The position numbers and the translations under genes were made by a program. A stretch of DNA of 64,000 nucleotides from Patescibacteria group bacterium (GTDB lineage: Bacteria > Patescibacteriota > Kazan-3B-28), in the NCBI GenBank assembly GCA_041389145.1, contig JAWKSK010000001.1, positions 27,668 to 91,667 on the forward strand, written 5' to 3'. Of this stretch, positions 29,243-37,651 are shown piece by piece. The notes under the pieces are model-generated. The model was given only the letters and a program-made list of their open reading frames with translations. It did no database searches and was not told the origin of the DNA. Positions within the stretch are counted from its first letter, which is position 1; each line of letters opens with the position of its first letter.

Positions 29243-29274
29243 ATGAAAATGCCACCTGGAGAGTGCGTGGTGGC
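29243..29274 (-). terminator. Terminator after 29334-29828
   Basis: Minus strand GCCACC-acgcactctcca-GGTGGC followed by ATTTTCAT. Confidence 0.65.
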
Positions 29275-29333
29275 TACGCATAACATTGCTGTCTTGGTCA
29301 GGATGACCAACTCTTGATGAACACGCTGGGTGG

Positions 29334-29828
29334 TTAGTCGAAGTTCTCTGTTTCAGATTCAGCTTTCGCTTTCATCGACTCGTACTTGAGCCTGGACCTC
29401 TGCCTCATCTTGGCAACCCAAGAGCTGATTGTGAAACTCTTGGGCGGACCGAAGAGCCTTACTTCAGCAACCTCGGTTGTCCTGTGACCCTGCGTTGCCT
29501 CTATGACCAATACGTAATGGACGACGTCATCCGCAAGGTTTCGCAGACTCTCTCCGACGGTCATACCTTTGAGATCCGTGTAGCCGTCTGTGATCTCATC
29601 CTGGCTGACGGTCTCAATCCATTCACCTTTTTTGTTGAACAGGTAAATGGATCGGGAAAATGAGAAACATCCTACCTCTTCAATCTGGGGGATCATCTCC
29701 AGAAGCTGCTCGTCTATTCTCTGGTAGAGAAACTTGATCTGATAGCCCTGTAGTCCTTTCAAGAACGGCTCTATGAAAGGATGCCTGACGAGAAACTCGT
29801 CATTGTCGAAGTGATTTGTGCGACACAT
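29334..29828 (-). CDS. Hypothetical protein (array module 1)
   Basis: 164 aa from the ATG at 29828 (MCRTNHFDNDEF..), 7 nt after AAGGAG. The ORF-track start at 29966 lies upstream of the predicted -10 (29957-29962) and is therefore unlikely. Confidence 0.65.
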   Translation of the reverse strand: MCRTNHFDNDEFLVRHPFIEPFLKGLQGYQIKFLYQRIDEQLLEMIPQIEEVGCFSFSRSIYLFNKKGEWIETVSQDEITDGYTDLKGMTVGESLRNLADDVVHYVLVIEATQGHRTTEVAEVRLFGPPKSFTISSWVAKMRQRSRLKYESMKAKAESETENFD

Positions 29829-29956
29829 TTGATTCTCCTTTTCGCATTCCACGAAAACCGAGGCCAGCATTCCACTGTAGGCCTCAGAGAACAATCCAGA
29901 CGATTTGTTGAGATTTATCATCTGGAGAATAATAGAAAGAACAATTTTATGTGTGT

Positions 29957-29985
29957 ATTCTATCAAAACATACTATACTTGTCAA
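29957..29985 (-). promoter_or_regulatory. Promoter for 29334-29828
   Basis: Minus strand TTGACA-N17-TAGAAT, with the mini-hairpin CTCTG-tcc-CAGAG plus a T tract just upstream. Confidence 0.6.
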
Positions 29986-30016
29986 TCAAAAATTAGCTCT
30001 GGGACAGAGTTTTTAT

Positions 30017-30027
30017 GGTGGAGCATC
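30017..30027. repeat. Truncated copy D of the array repeat at the gltX boundary
   Basis: GGTGGAGCATC matches the left flank of copies B and C. The sequence diverges exactly where the palindrome would begin and continues into the gltX terminator hairpin TTGCAC..GTGCAA. Confidence 0.7.
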
Positions 30028-30054
30028 GGGGAATTGCACCAGATGTGCAAAAAC

Positions 30055-31359
30055 TTAATTTCCTATTTTAGCGAGTGCTAATTCTAACCGCGATAAGGAT
30101 TCTTCCTTACCCAATGCCTCTAATATCTCAACAGGACTTGGACTACCCATAAGACCAGAGAGTGCGACTCTAATTGGCCAGAATAAATCCCCTGGGTTTA
30201 AGGCTTCTGCATCAAGAGTGTGGTCTAAAATCTGTTGTAGTTTATCTTGATTCCAGTCTTGATGGTTTATTTCCTTTAGGACTGAATATCCTGCCTGGAG
30301 TCCTTTTTGGGTTTGGTCTGGACTGGATTTTTTAAAGACTAACATACTTGCTTCATAGTCTGGGAGGTCAAAGAAGAAGGAGATGAGCTCTGGAAGTTGA
30401 TCGAAATACTGTGCACGATCTTGAGTTAACTTAAGAGCAGATTCGAGTAACGTTTTATTTCCTTCAAATTGTTTAACAAATGGGTGGGCTAATTCCTGGT
30501 ACTCTGTAAATGGGAGCCTGGATAAGTAGTGATGATTGAGGTAATTGAGATGTTTTAGGTTAAATACTGCACCCCCTTTTTGGACACGTTCTAAAGCAAA
30601 CTTATCCACGAGTTCGTCTAGATTAAATATTTCTTGACCATCTTTATCGCTCCAACCAAGTTGGACTAGAAAGTTAATGAGAGCGGGTTGAATATAACCC
30701 TTATTGATGTATTCAGTTAAAGAGGTGTCACCGCTTCGCTTGCTCATCTTGGAACGATCTTCATTAAGGATTAGCGGCATATGAGCAAAGGTGGGAACTT
30801 CGGCACCCAATGCTTGGTATATCATGATGTGCTTTGGAGTGTTGCTTAAGTGATCTTCTCCTCTAATTACATGAGTAATACCCATAGTGATATCATCGAC
30901 AACATTGGCAAAGTGGAAGGTAGCGTTGCCATCTTTTTTCAAGAGCACAATATCGTCAAAGTCTTTGGAGTTGAATTCAACATCTCCACGGATTAGATCG
31001 TGAACTACAATTTTCTGATCATCGGTTGGGATACGTAAGTAGAGCCCCCCGTCTTGTTCGTAGGTAAGTCCAGCTGTTGTGAGTTGATCAGCGTGAGCCT
31101 TATAAATATCGGCTCGTTCGGATTGACGATAGGTTTCATCTGGATTTAAACCAAGCCAGTTGAGACCTTTAATAATATCTTCGTAATAGACCTCTTCACT
31201 ACGTTTGGTATCGGTGTCTTCTACACGCAGTACAAAAACACCATTTTGCTTGCGAGCAAAAAGATAGTTAAACAAAGCAGACCTAGCTCCTCCAATATGG
31301 AGGGGGCCGGTAGGACTTGGGGCAAATCTAACTTTAATTGCTTGTTTCATAGTTACCAC
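30055..31359 (-). CDS. gltX: Glutamate--tRNA ligase
   Basis: 434 aa; RFAPSPTGPLHIGGAR (HIGH) and KMSKRS (KMSKS). Confidence 0.95.
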   Translation of the reverse strand: MVTMKQAIKVRFAPSPTGPLHIGGARSALFNYLFARKQNGVFVLRVEDTDTKRSEEVYYEDIIKGLNWLGLNPDETYRQSERADIYKAHADQLTTAGLTYEQDGGLYLRIPTDDQKIVVHDLIRGDVEFNSKDFDDIVLLKKDGNATFHFANVVDDITMGITHVIRGEDHLSNTPKHIMIYQALGAEVPTFAHMPLILNEDRSKMSKRSGDTSLTEYINKGYIQPALINFLVQLGWSDKDGQEIFNLDELVDKFALERVQKGGAVFNLKHLNYLNHHYLSRLPFTEYQELAHPFVKQFEGNKTLLESALKLTQDRAQYFDQLPELISFFFDLPDYEASMLVFKKSSPDQTQKGLQAGYSVLKEINHQDWNQDKLQQILDHTLDAEALNPGDLFWPIRVALSGLMGSPSPVEILEALGKEESLSRLELALAKIGN

Positions 31360-32242
31360 TTAGTTTAGCACGACGAACAACTGTCATGAATTTAATAAGT
31401 GCAGTTTTAACCCGTTCCTTACGCCATGGCTGGGTGATTAGACGCCACAGCCATTCTAGACTATGTTTCTGCATCCAAACAGGGGCACGCTTTGCAGGAT
31501 TTTCTGAGGTGGCTTCAGAATTAATAGCAGCAGTACCTGCAATGAAATCGAGCGCACCTCCAATACCCATCACGACTGTGTTATCTAGCTTTGGTAACTG
31601 GTCGCGTATCCATTTCATTTGTCCGGCTGCTGGGAATGCTAAGAAGATGATTTGAGGCTTAGTTTGTTTGATTACTCTAATTACTTCGTCTTCTGTTTCA
31701 TAGGGTGGACCCACCATGACTTCAACAACATTAAGTTTTGGATACATCTCTTGCATAATCTGGGCAGCTTTTAAAGCAACCCCTGGACCTGCACCAAGCA
31801 AGAAAACTTTCCATTCTCTTTTTGCTGCAAGCTTACTAATTTCCCAGACCATATCTGCACCGGTAATTCTTTCTGGTACGACGTTTAGGTATTTTGGAAA
31901 AAAGAGACTGGCCGCACCAGTGAATAGATACTGGAATAGTTCTTGGAGCTGTTTAATACCAGGAATGTTGATAAGTCTAAGGGATAAGTATTTAGCTGCC
32001 CAGACAATACCTGCACCATCTGCAAGAGAAAGGCTGGATTCATTTAAGACATCTCTAAACCATTGGTGGTCTCTGGCATACATTAACATCTCTGGATTTG
32101 GGGTAACGATGTAATGATTTCTGCGACTGCGAATTAACCCTTCTACAACAGAGAGGGCTTGGGGCATGGTAAGACGATTTACTTTGGTACCAAGGATAGA
32201 AACTGAGGGAAGGTTATCGATGTCCATGTGGAATTGCATCAT
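31334..32242 (-). CDS. WecB/TagA/CpsF-family glycosyltransferase
   Basis: 302 aa; GADMVWEI.., FLLGAGPGV, GIGGALDFIAG, EWLWRL motifs. Confidence 0.85.
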   Translation of the reverse strand: MMQFHMDIDNLPSVSILGTKVNRLTMPQALSVVEGLIRSRRNHYIVTPNPEMLMYARDHQWFRDVLNESSLSLADGAGIVWAAKYLSLRLINIPGIKQLQELFQYLFTGAASLFFPKYLNVVPERITGADMVWEISKLAAKREWKVFLLGAGPGVALKAAQIMQEMYPKLNVVEVMVGPPYETEDEVIRVIKQTKPQIIFLAFPAAGQMKWIRDQLPKLDNTVVMGIGGALDFIAGTAAINSEATSENPAKRAPVWMQKHSLEWLWRLITQPWRKERVKTALIKFMTVVRRAKLSGNYETSN

Positions 32243-33308
32243 TAACTAACTGTTTTATTTTAGAGACAAAGTTGGTAGCAGAAAATGTTTGGGCGTGATT
32301 TGAAATTGCCTGATAGTTGAAGTGGTCTGGATTCTGAAGATAATGGTGCAGAGCTGAGACAAGGGATTGAGTAGCTTGGTGTGGAAAAAAGATTCCAGTT
32401 TTACCATCTACTACAGTTTCCAGTAATCCACCTTTTCCAAATGCAATTACAGGCTTGCCTGCTGCCATTGCTTCAATTGGGACAATACCAAGGTCTTCTT
32501 CACCTGGAAAGATTAAGGCTTGGCAGTTTTCTAGATATTGGAATTTACCGATATCATCCTGCCATCCTAGAAACTCCACAGTGGGTCCGGCTAAACGTTT
32601 GAGGTTGTCTAGTTCTTCTCCAACCCCAATTACTTTTAAGGGAAGTTTTAATTCATTACAGGCTGTTACTGCTAGATCGATGCGCTTGTAGCGACTCAAC
32701 CTAGAAACTACCAGGAAATATCCCTGATGGTTGGGGGTTGGGGTAATGTGTTCTACATCAACTGGAGGGTAGATAACAGTAGCATCTCGACGATAGTATT
32801 TTTGGATTCGATTTGCCACGTTTTGCGAGTTAGCAATAAAGGTATCTACTCGGTTTGCCCCAAGAAAATCCCAAATCCGCATCCGATGAAGAATGCCACG
32901 TACCACCCACTGGACAAGCGGGTTTTTTGTACGATCTTGGAGGTAGGTATGCCAGGTATCCCAAAGTGGTCTCATGGGTGAATGAACATATGAGAGGTGA
33001 TGGGTAGTTGGTTTAGTGATGATGTTTTTAGCGTATGAGTTGGAGCTCGAGATAACGATGTCGAAATCATCGAAGTCGAAGGATTCAATAGCTTTGGGGT
33101 AAAGCGGAAACAACCAATGGGATGGAAGCCAGCTTAGCTTTTGCAGGTATGAGGTCTTGATTCTTTCCGGTGGAAAGAAGTTGGCTAACTTTGGATTAAA
33201 GGTGAGTGTGTAGATAGGAGCCTGGGGATATATTTTTGAAAGCTCGAGAGTTACCCGCTCGGCACCTCCCATGGTTTGAATAAAGTCGTGTACGATGGCT
33301 ACTTTCAT
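32214..33308 (-). CDS. GT4-family glycosyltransferase
   Basis: 364 aa; PGEEDLGIVPIEAMAAGKPVIAFGKGGLLETV motif. Confidence 0.88.
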   Translation of the reverse strand: MKVAIVHDFIQTMGGAERVTLELSKIYPQAPIYTLTFNPKLANFFPPERIKTSYLQKLSWLPSHWLFPLYPKAIESFDFDDFDIVISSSNSYAKNIITKPTTHHLSYVHSPMRPLWDTWHTYLQDRTKNPLVQWVVRGILHRMRIWDFLGANRVDTFIANSQNVANRIQKYYRRDATVIYPPVDVEHITPTPNHQGYFLVVSRLSRYKRIDLAVTACNELKLPLKVIGVGEELDNLKRLAGPTVEFLGWQDDIGKFQYLENCQALIFPGEEDLGIVPIEAMAAGKPVIAFGKGGLLETVVDGKTGIFFPHQATQSLVSALHHYLQNPDHFNYQAISNHAQTFSATNFVSKIKQLVNDAIPHGHR

Positions 33309-34390
33309 ACCCGATGAAATACTTCTAGTAGCTGTTTTGCGGATTTATCCCAACTAAATTGAGCTAACCGATACTGACCTTGAGTAACATAATTACGAGC
33401 AAGGTGGGGATCAGATAACACCTTATCTAGGCCGGTTGCGATACTAGTAATAGATTTTGGATCCACTAGTTCAGCTGCTCCATCAGCAACTTCTTCAGTG
33501 GCTGATCCTTCAGATGTAACAACTGGAATTTCAGCAGCGAAACCTTCAAGAACCGGAATACCAAAACCCTCATCTAACGAAACCAATGTCAAAGCAGTTG
33601 CGTTTTTATATACAACTCCAAGTTGCTGATGGTCTAGATGGCCCAGGAAAACTACTTTGTGATGAAGACCAAGCTGTTTGATCAAATCCTCTACTCGTTT
33701 TTGATAGTCTTGAGTACTAAAGAATCCGGCAAGATGAAGGGTGAGGTCTGGATGCTTTTCTGAAATTTTAGCAAATGCTTTGATAAGTCTGATTGTGTTC
33801 TTGCGGGGCTCAATTCTACCAACGGCTAAGATATATGGGGGTTGGCCTGAACTTCGCTTAGCTAACTTAATGCGTTGGAGTAAAACTGGTGAGAGAGCAT
33901 TGTAGACAACAGAGATCCGATTTGCGGGAATCTGGGCCATGGTCTGGAGGTCTCTTTTGATATTGTTGCTAACTGCCACAATATGGCTAGCTTTGTATTT
34001 AGCAAGAATTACGGTGAGAGTAGAGAGGATCCAGTTTTTTACTGTGTAGCTATATGGGTGTTTGAAAAATTCTAATCCATGGATGGTAACAACACTAGGG
34101 ACTTTGAGGTTAAATGGTGGCAAGTAGCTTGGTGAGAAGAAGATATCTAGCTCGTCTTGGTTGGCAGTTGGACCTAGGATGGTTTGGGTCCAGCGTTGCT
34201 TGGCAGGTAATACCTTAATGGTAACCTGTTTTGATTTGGCCCAGTCTGGTCCTAATGGAGATGGGGTGTAGAGAATAAAGTGGTCTTCGGTTGGAAGATG
34301 AACCAGGGATAGTAAAAGATCCCGGGTAGCAATTTCTACTCCGGTGGGCTTGGTTTTGGTAATGGCTGAAGCATCTATACCAATGCGCAT
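33305..34390 (-). CDS. GT4-family glycosyltransferase
   Basis: 361 aa; SLDEGFGIPVLEGFAAEIPVVTSEGSATEEV motif. Confidence 0.88.
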   Translation of the reverse strand: MRIGIDASAITKTKPTGVEIATRDLLLSLVHLPTEDHFILYTPSPLGPDWAKSKQVTIKVLPAKQRWTQTILGPTANQDELDIFFSPSYLPPFNLKVPSVVTIHGLEFFKHPYSYTVKNWILSTLTVILAKYKASHIVAVSNNIKRDLQTMAQIPANRISVVYNALSPVLLQRIKLAKRSSGQPPYILAVGRIEPRKNTIRLIKAFAKISEKHPDLTLHLAGFFSTQDYQKRVEDLIKQLGLHHKVVFLGHLDHQQLGVVYKNATALTLVSLDEGFGIPVLEGFAAEIPVVTSEGSATEEVADGAAELVDPKSITSIATGLDKVLSDPHLARNYVTQGQYRLAQFSWDKSAKQLLEVFHRV

Positions 34391-34474
34391 CTGTTTTACT
34401 TAATCCCCCGCTTTATCTATGATTGTTGATAGCTATGCTTAATATCATTAAGTAGTGCATAGTCATCTAGGATA

Positions 34475-35887
34475 TTGTATCGCGTAATGGGACGCAATCG
34501 AAACTGGCCTACAATCTTGGGTTACTCTATTGCCTTCACTGTATTTGTGGTGGTGGCAATTATTGTGCTTTCCTATGCTACCGGTTACCGACTTAATTTC
34601 AAGACTGGGCAGATAGAAAAGACTGGAGTACTGGCAATCACCACCAAACCTAGTGGGGCTAGTGTTTTAGTATCAGGTAAAAAGTACACTAGAAAAACTC
34701 CATTGGTAATCCGTAATATTCTCCCTGGAGACTATGTGGTGGAAGTAAATTATGAGGGATATCAGAAGTATTTAGATACTGCCACGATAAAGCCTGGGTT
34801 TGCTACTGAACTACAGGCATTAGATTTAGTATTAGAACAACCCAAAGAAACCAAGCTAGCAGAAGATGTGGCTAATGCATGGCAAGCTAATAATGAAGTG
34901 TTCTACAGGAACAGTGAGAAGCTTTGGTACAGAGTAGCCTCGGGAGCTCCGATTGAACTAACTTTTGAAAGAATCCCTGCCCATCTTCGAGATGCGCTAC
35001 TACGTGCTACAAATGTGAACTGGATGATGAAGCATGAAAACTCCAGCAACTGGGCAATTAATATAACAGTAGATGGAAAGAAATGGCTGGCGGTAGTAGA
35101 TCCGAATGGATATAGAGGGGCATTATTCTCCGCTCCATTAAATCAAGCAGATGAAGCAGATATTACATTTGTAGATAGTGATAGGTTGGTAGGGCTGGTA
35201 AATGGAACGCTGTACACCCTAGATTTAAATTCTAATAAATTAGTTACCTACCAGAAGGATGTAACTGGCTTTAGCTGGTATGACAACAAGGGATATTTCA
35301 CCAGCAAGTCCGCCAATGGTAAGCCGGCAGTAACAGTGGATAACAATCTATTTGATGGATCATTAGGTGAAGCGTTGGTATGGAATATGCCAACTGGGCA
35401 GAATTTGAGAGTGATTGCCAATACCAATGATTGGTGGCTGCTTGCAACCAGTACTGGAAACAGCCAGGTGTTATGGCTACTCACTAAAGATGAAGAAGGG
35501 ATATTTTCCAAACAAACTAGAATCGCTGGTGATTTGGATGGCTATGCATATGACAAGACCAAAGAAAGAATTCATTTTATTACCGGAAATAAGTTGGTCG
35601 AATACGATTTCAAAGAAATGGTAGAAAAGGATTTGAGAGACTTTGGGAATACCAATCCTCAACTTCTAGCCAGAAGAGATAACACCCTGTTTATCAAAAC
35701 AGTTGGTGATATTGCAGCGGTGAGTTTATCTGGTAGTAATGTATACAACTTTGCAAGTAGCAAAGATGTGGTTTTATTTGATGATAGCTCTAGAAGGGTC
35801 TGGGTCTTAAGAGATAATGTAATTACTAGCCTAGAGCTTAGAGCTGCTACTAGCATCTTTGGTGGACTGGTTAGAATCGGTGGATAA
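34475..35887 (+). CDS. PEGA-domain membrane-anchored protein
   Basis: 470 aa; N-terminal TM helix; PEGA-like TKPSGASVLVSGKKYTRKTPLVIRNILPGDYVVEVNYEGY. The start may instead be the ATG at 34487. Confidence 0.75.
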   Translation: MYRVMGRNRNWPTILGYSIAFTVFVVVAIIVLSYATGYRLNFKTGQIEKTGVLAITTKPSGASVLVSGKKYTRKTPLVIRNILPGDYVVEVNYEGYQKYLDTATIKPGFATELQALDLVLEQPKETKLAEDVANAWQANNEVFYRNSEKLWYRVASGAPIELTFERIPAHLRDALLRATNVNWMMKHENSSNWAINITVDGKKWLAVVDPNGYRGALFSAPLNQADEADITFVDSDRLVGLVNGTLYTLDLNSNKLVTYQKDVTGFSWYDNKGYFTSKSANGKPAVTVDNNLFDGSLGEALVWNMPTGQNLRVIANTNDWWLLATSTGNSQVLWLLTKDEEGIFSKQTRIAGDLDGYAYDKTKERIHFITGNKLVEYDFKEMVEKDLRDFGNTNPQLLARRDNTLFIKTVGDIAAVSLSGSNVYNFASSKDVVLFDDSSRRVWVLRDNVITSLELRAATSIFGGLVRIGG

Positions 35888-36120
35888 AACAAAAACTCGT
35901 GGGCAATCACTTGGGTAAGGTGGAAAACCAAAAAACCATCCTACCCAAATGACCAACCACGAGTTATGGCGACAAGATACGGGATTTAACGATACCTGTC
36001 AATACTTTTTAGGTATAGGAGCTAGTTTTTTAAATAACAACCAATCAATCCAGTATTCCTATAGGTTTCATTCAAATTTATCATTTATTTGTATTTTTGG
36101 CTCTGGGAGCGTATTTCTTC

Positions 36121-36149
36121 TTTACAGATCAGATAAAATAAGGTATTAT
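36121..36149 (+). promoter_or_regulatory. Promoter for 36195-37133
   Basis: TTTACA-N17-TATTAT, preceded by the mini-hairpin GCTC-tgg-GAGC and a T tract. Confidence 0.55.
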
Positions 36150-36194
36150 TATCAGGTCTGAAAGGCAATTTAAAAACAAGGTGAGGAGTTGGAA

Positions 36195-37133
36195 ATGAGG
36201 ATTTATGGAATCTTGCTGAGTATCGTCTCTGCCATCTTTCTGATGGCATGTAGCACCAGTGTCCAGATGGATACTGTTCGGAATAGCCCCGAGGTAACCA
36301 ACCCGGAGCTGATCAGCTACCTGACTGAGGAGTTGGGGAAGGAGATTGCCAACCTGGACACCTCCTTCGCTTCCCGTCCTCCGTCTGATCCCGTGATGCT
36401 GACAAGCATCAGCAACCACGTCAACGGCTGGTTGTATGTTTACTGGCAACACAAGATTACCGGCGACTACAACAACGACGGTGTGGTTGACCAGGCTGAT
36501 ATCACCCCGATTGCCAGCAACTGGCAACGAGTAGAGGGTGGCGCCAACTGGATGTTTGCAGAAAGCGCTGATGGTGACGGCAACGGCATCATCAACGCTG
36601 CTGACCTGGTGCCCATCGCTCGCCACTATGGCGAGAGTGTGGACCACTACCTGACCCAGTATCAGGATGCTGACGGCAATTGGTTAACGAATGGCCTGAC
36701 GTACTACTGGGACAGCGATGTTGTTCGTAACAACGGTGAGGTACTCAGTCACTGCACATCCCAGGTCAACTACGAAGGAATGGAAGCATTTCGAGTCGTA
36801 GCAGTGGATGACGAGGGAATCATTGGACCTGCAAGCAATGTTGTCACTCGTGAAAGCATTCGCCCAAAGCTACTTACGATTACCCCAGATCCAACAACTA
36901 TCTTCAAGGTTGGTGATGTGGTGGAGTTTACAGCCCAGTTCGAAGGCGTGGATCTGATTGAGGTTCGATGGGATCTGGTGATGGACAGTTTACACAACTA
37001 CAGCTATGGATTTGGGGAGAGTTCGACTCTACCGTCCACCATGTTCAGCCCTGGGACTTACCGGCTGACTCTGTCCTATGGCAATGACCTGGGACGAGAG
37101 TTCCTGGAATACGACGTTGTTGTCGAGGAATGA
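36195..37133 (+). CDS. Lipoprotein with two dockerin-type Ca-binding repeats (GC-richer unit)
   Basis: MRIYGILLSIVSAIFLMAC lipobox. GDYNNDGVVDQADITPIASNW and DGDGNGIINAADLVPIARHYG. ATG at 36195, 6 nt after GGTGAGGAG. Confidence 0.8.
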   Translation: MRIYGILLSIVSAIFLMACSTSVQMDTVRNSPEVTNPELISYLTEELGKEIANLDTSFASRPPSDPVMLTSISNHVNGWLYVYWQHKITGDYNNDGVVDQADITPIASNWQRVEGGANWMFAESADGDGNGIINAADLVPIARHYGESVDHYLTQYQDADGNWLTNGLTYYWDSDVVRNNGEVLSHCTSQVNYEGMEAFRVVAVDDEGIIGPASNVVTRESIRPKLLTITPDPTTIFKVGDVVEFTAQFEGVDLIEVRWDLVMDSLHNYSYGFGESSTLPSTMFSPGTYRLTLSYGNDLGREFLEYDVVVEE

Positions 37134-37166
37134 ACCTTGGCAGTCATGCCATAAAATGACAACACT

Positions 37167-37196
37167 ACAGGCTTTCTGCGGAGAGCCTGTTTTTAA
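37167..37196 (+). terminator. Terminator after 36195-37133
   Basis: ACAGGCT-ttctgcggag-AGCCTGT followed by TTTTTAATT. Confidence 0.8.
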
Positions 37197-37197
37197 T

Positions 37198-37220
37198 TGA
37201 GAAAAGCCCCCGAAGGGGCT
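37198..37220 (-). terminator. Terminator after 37252-37563
   Basis: Minus strand AGCCCC-ttcg-GGGGCT followed by TTTCTCAATT. Confidence 0.7.
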
Positions 37221-37251
37221 GAGTAAGCGAGTTTGGTTGTCACTTGTCGAT

Positions 37252-37563
37252 TCAGTACTTATCAATGTCTAGCACCAACAGCTTATCAAAAAGCTCGACG
37301 ATGCTATCTTTGTCTTCACCGCTAACCGGCGTTGAGACGTTAGCGAGAGTTGAAAACCCAGTAAGGGCCACAAGCACAGGGTCTGGCATACTTTCCTTGC
37401 CTAAAGGAGACATTGGCATGTTCACAAGACGCTCCTTCTGAATAGCCTTGCATAGCATCTCAAATGCCTTAAGGTCATCCGAACTGCCCCATTCGTCATT
37501 CAGGATTATGCCCGTCCGCATGTTAAGTGCCTGTGTGTGCAAATCAATTCCACCGTAAGTCAT
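37252..37563 (-). CDS. Hypothetical small protein (GC-richer unit)
   Basis: 103 aa from the ATG at 37563 (MTYGGIDLH..), after GGAGGT. The longer ORF overlaps the sortase gene. Confidence 0.6.
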   Translation of the reverse strand: MTYGGIDLHTQALNMRTGIILNDEWGSSDDLKAFEMLCKAIQKERLVNMPMSPLGKESMPDPVLVALTGFSTLANVSTPVSGEDKDSIVELFDKLLVLDIDKY

Positions 37564-37651
37564 TGAGCTACCTCCAGTTGATGTAAAGAACAAAGAAATC
37601 ACGGTTTGATAATAACAGAAAAGACTAAGAGGTCTAGCCCTCCAGTATTTT

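Noticed and set aside
27571-30027. The repeated palindromes as a CRISPR array.
   Set aside because: The repeats are 600-950 bp apart and the intervals are complete genes with promoters and terminators. No cas genes are present, and the repeat is embedded in longer conserved flanks.
27571-30027. The repeats as integron attC sites (a CALIN-type cassette array).
   Set aside because: The copies are nearly identical in sequence, whereas attC sites conserve structure rather than sequence. No RYYYAAC/GTTRRRY cores were seen. Each gene has its own promoter, unlike typical cassettes, and there is no intI. Only the general cassette-like logic is retained as a hypothesis.
36129-36647. 172-aa minus-strand ORF antisense to the dockerin lipoprotein gene. 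Similar antisense or overlapping ORFs occur in GC-richer genes, e.g. 10597-11031, 10766-11293, 24127-24405, 59425-59757, 59926-60270 and 62659-62901.
   Set aside because: They lie fully inside better-supported genes on the other strand or frame. They lack SDs and promoters and have odd composition. Long spurious ORFs are expected where GC is higher.
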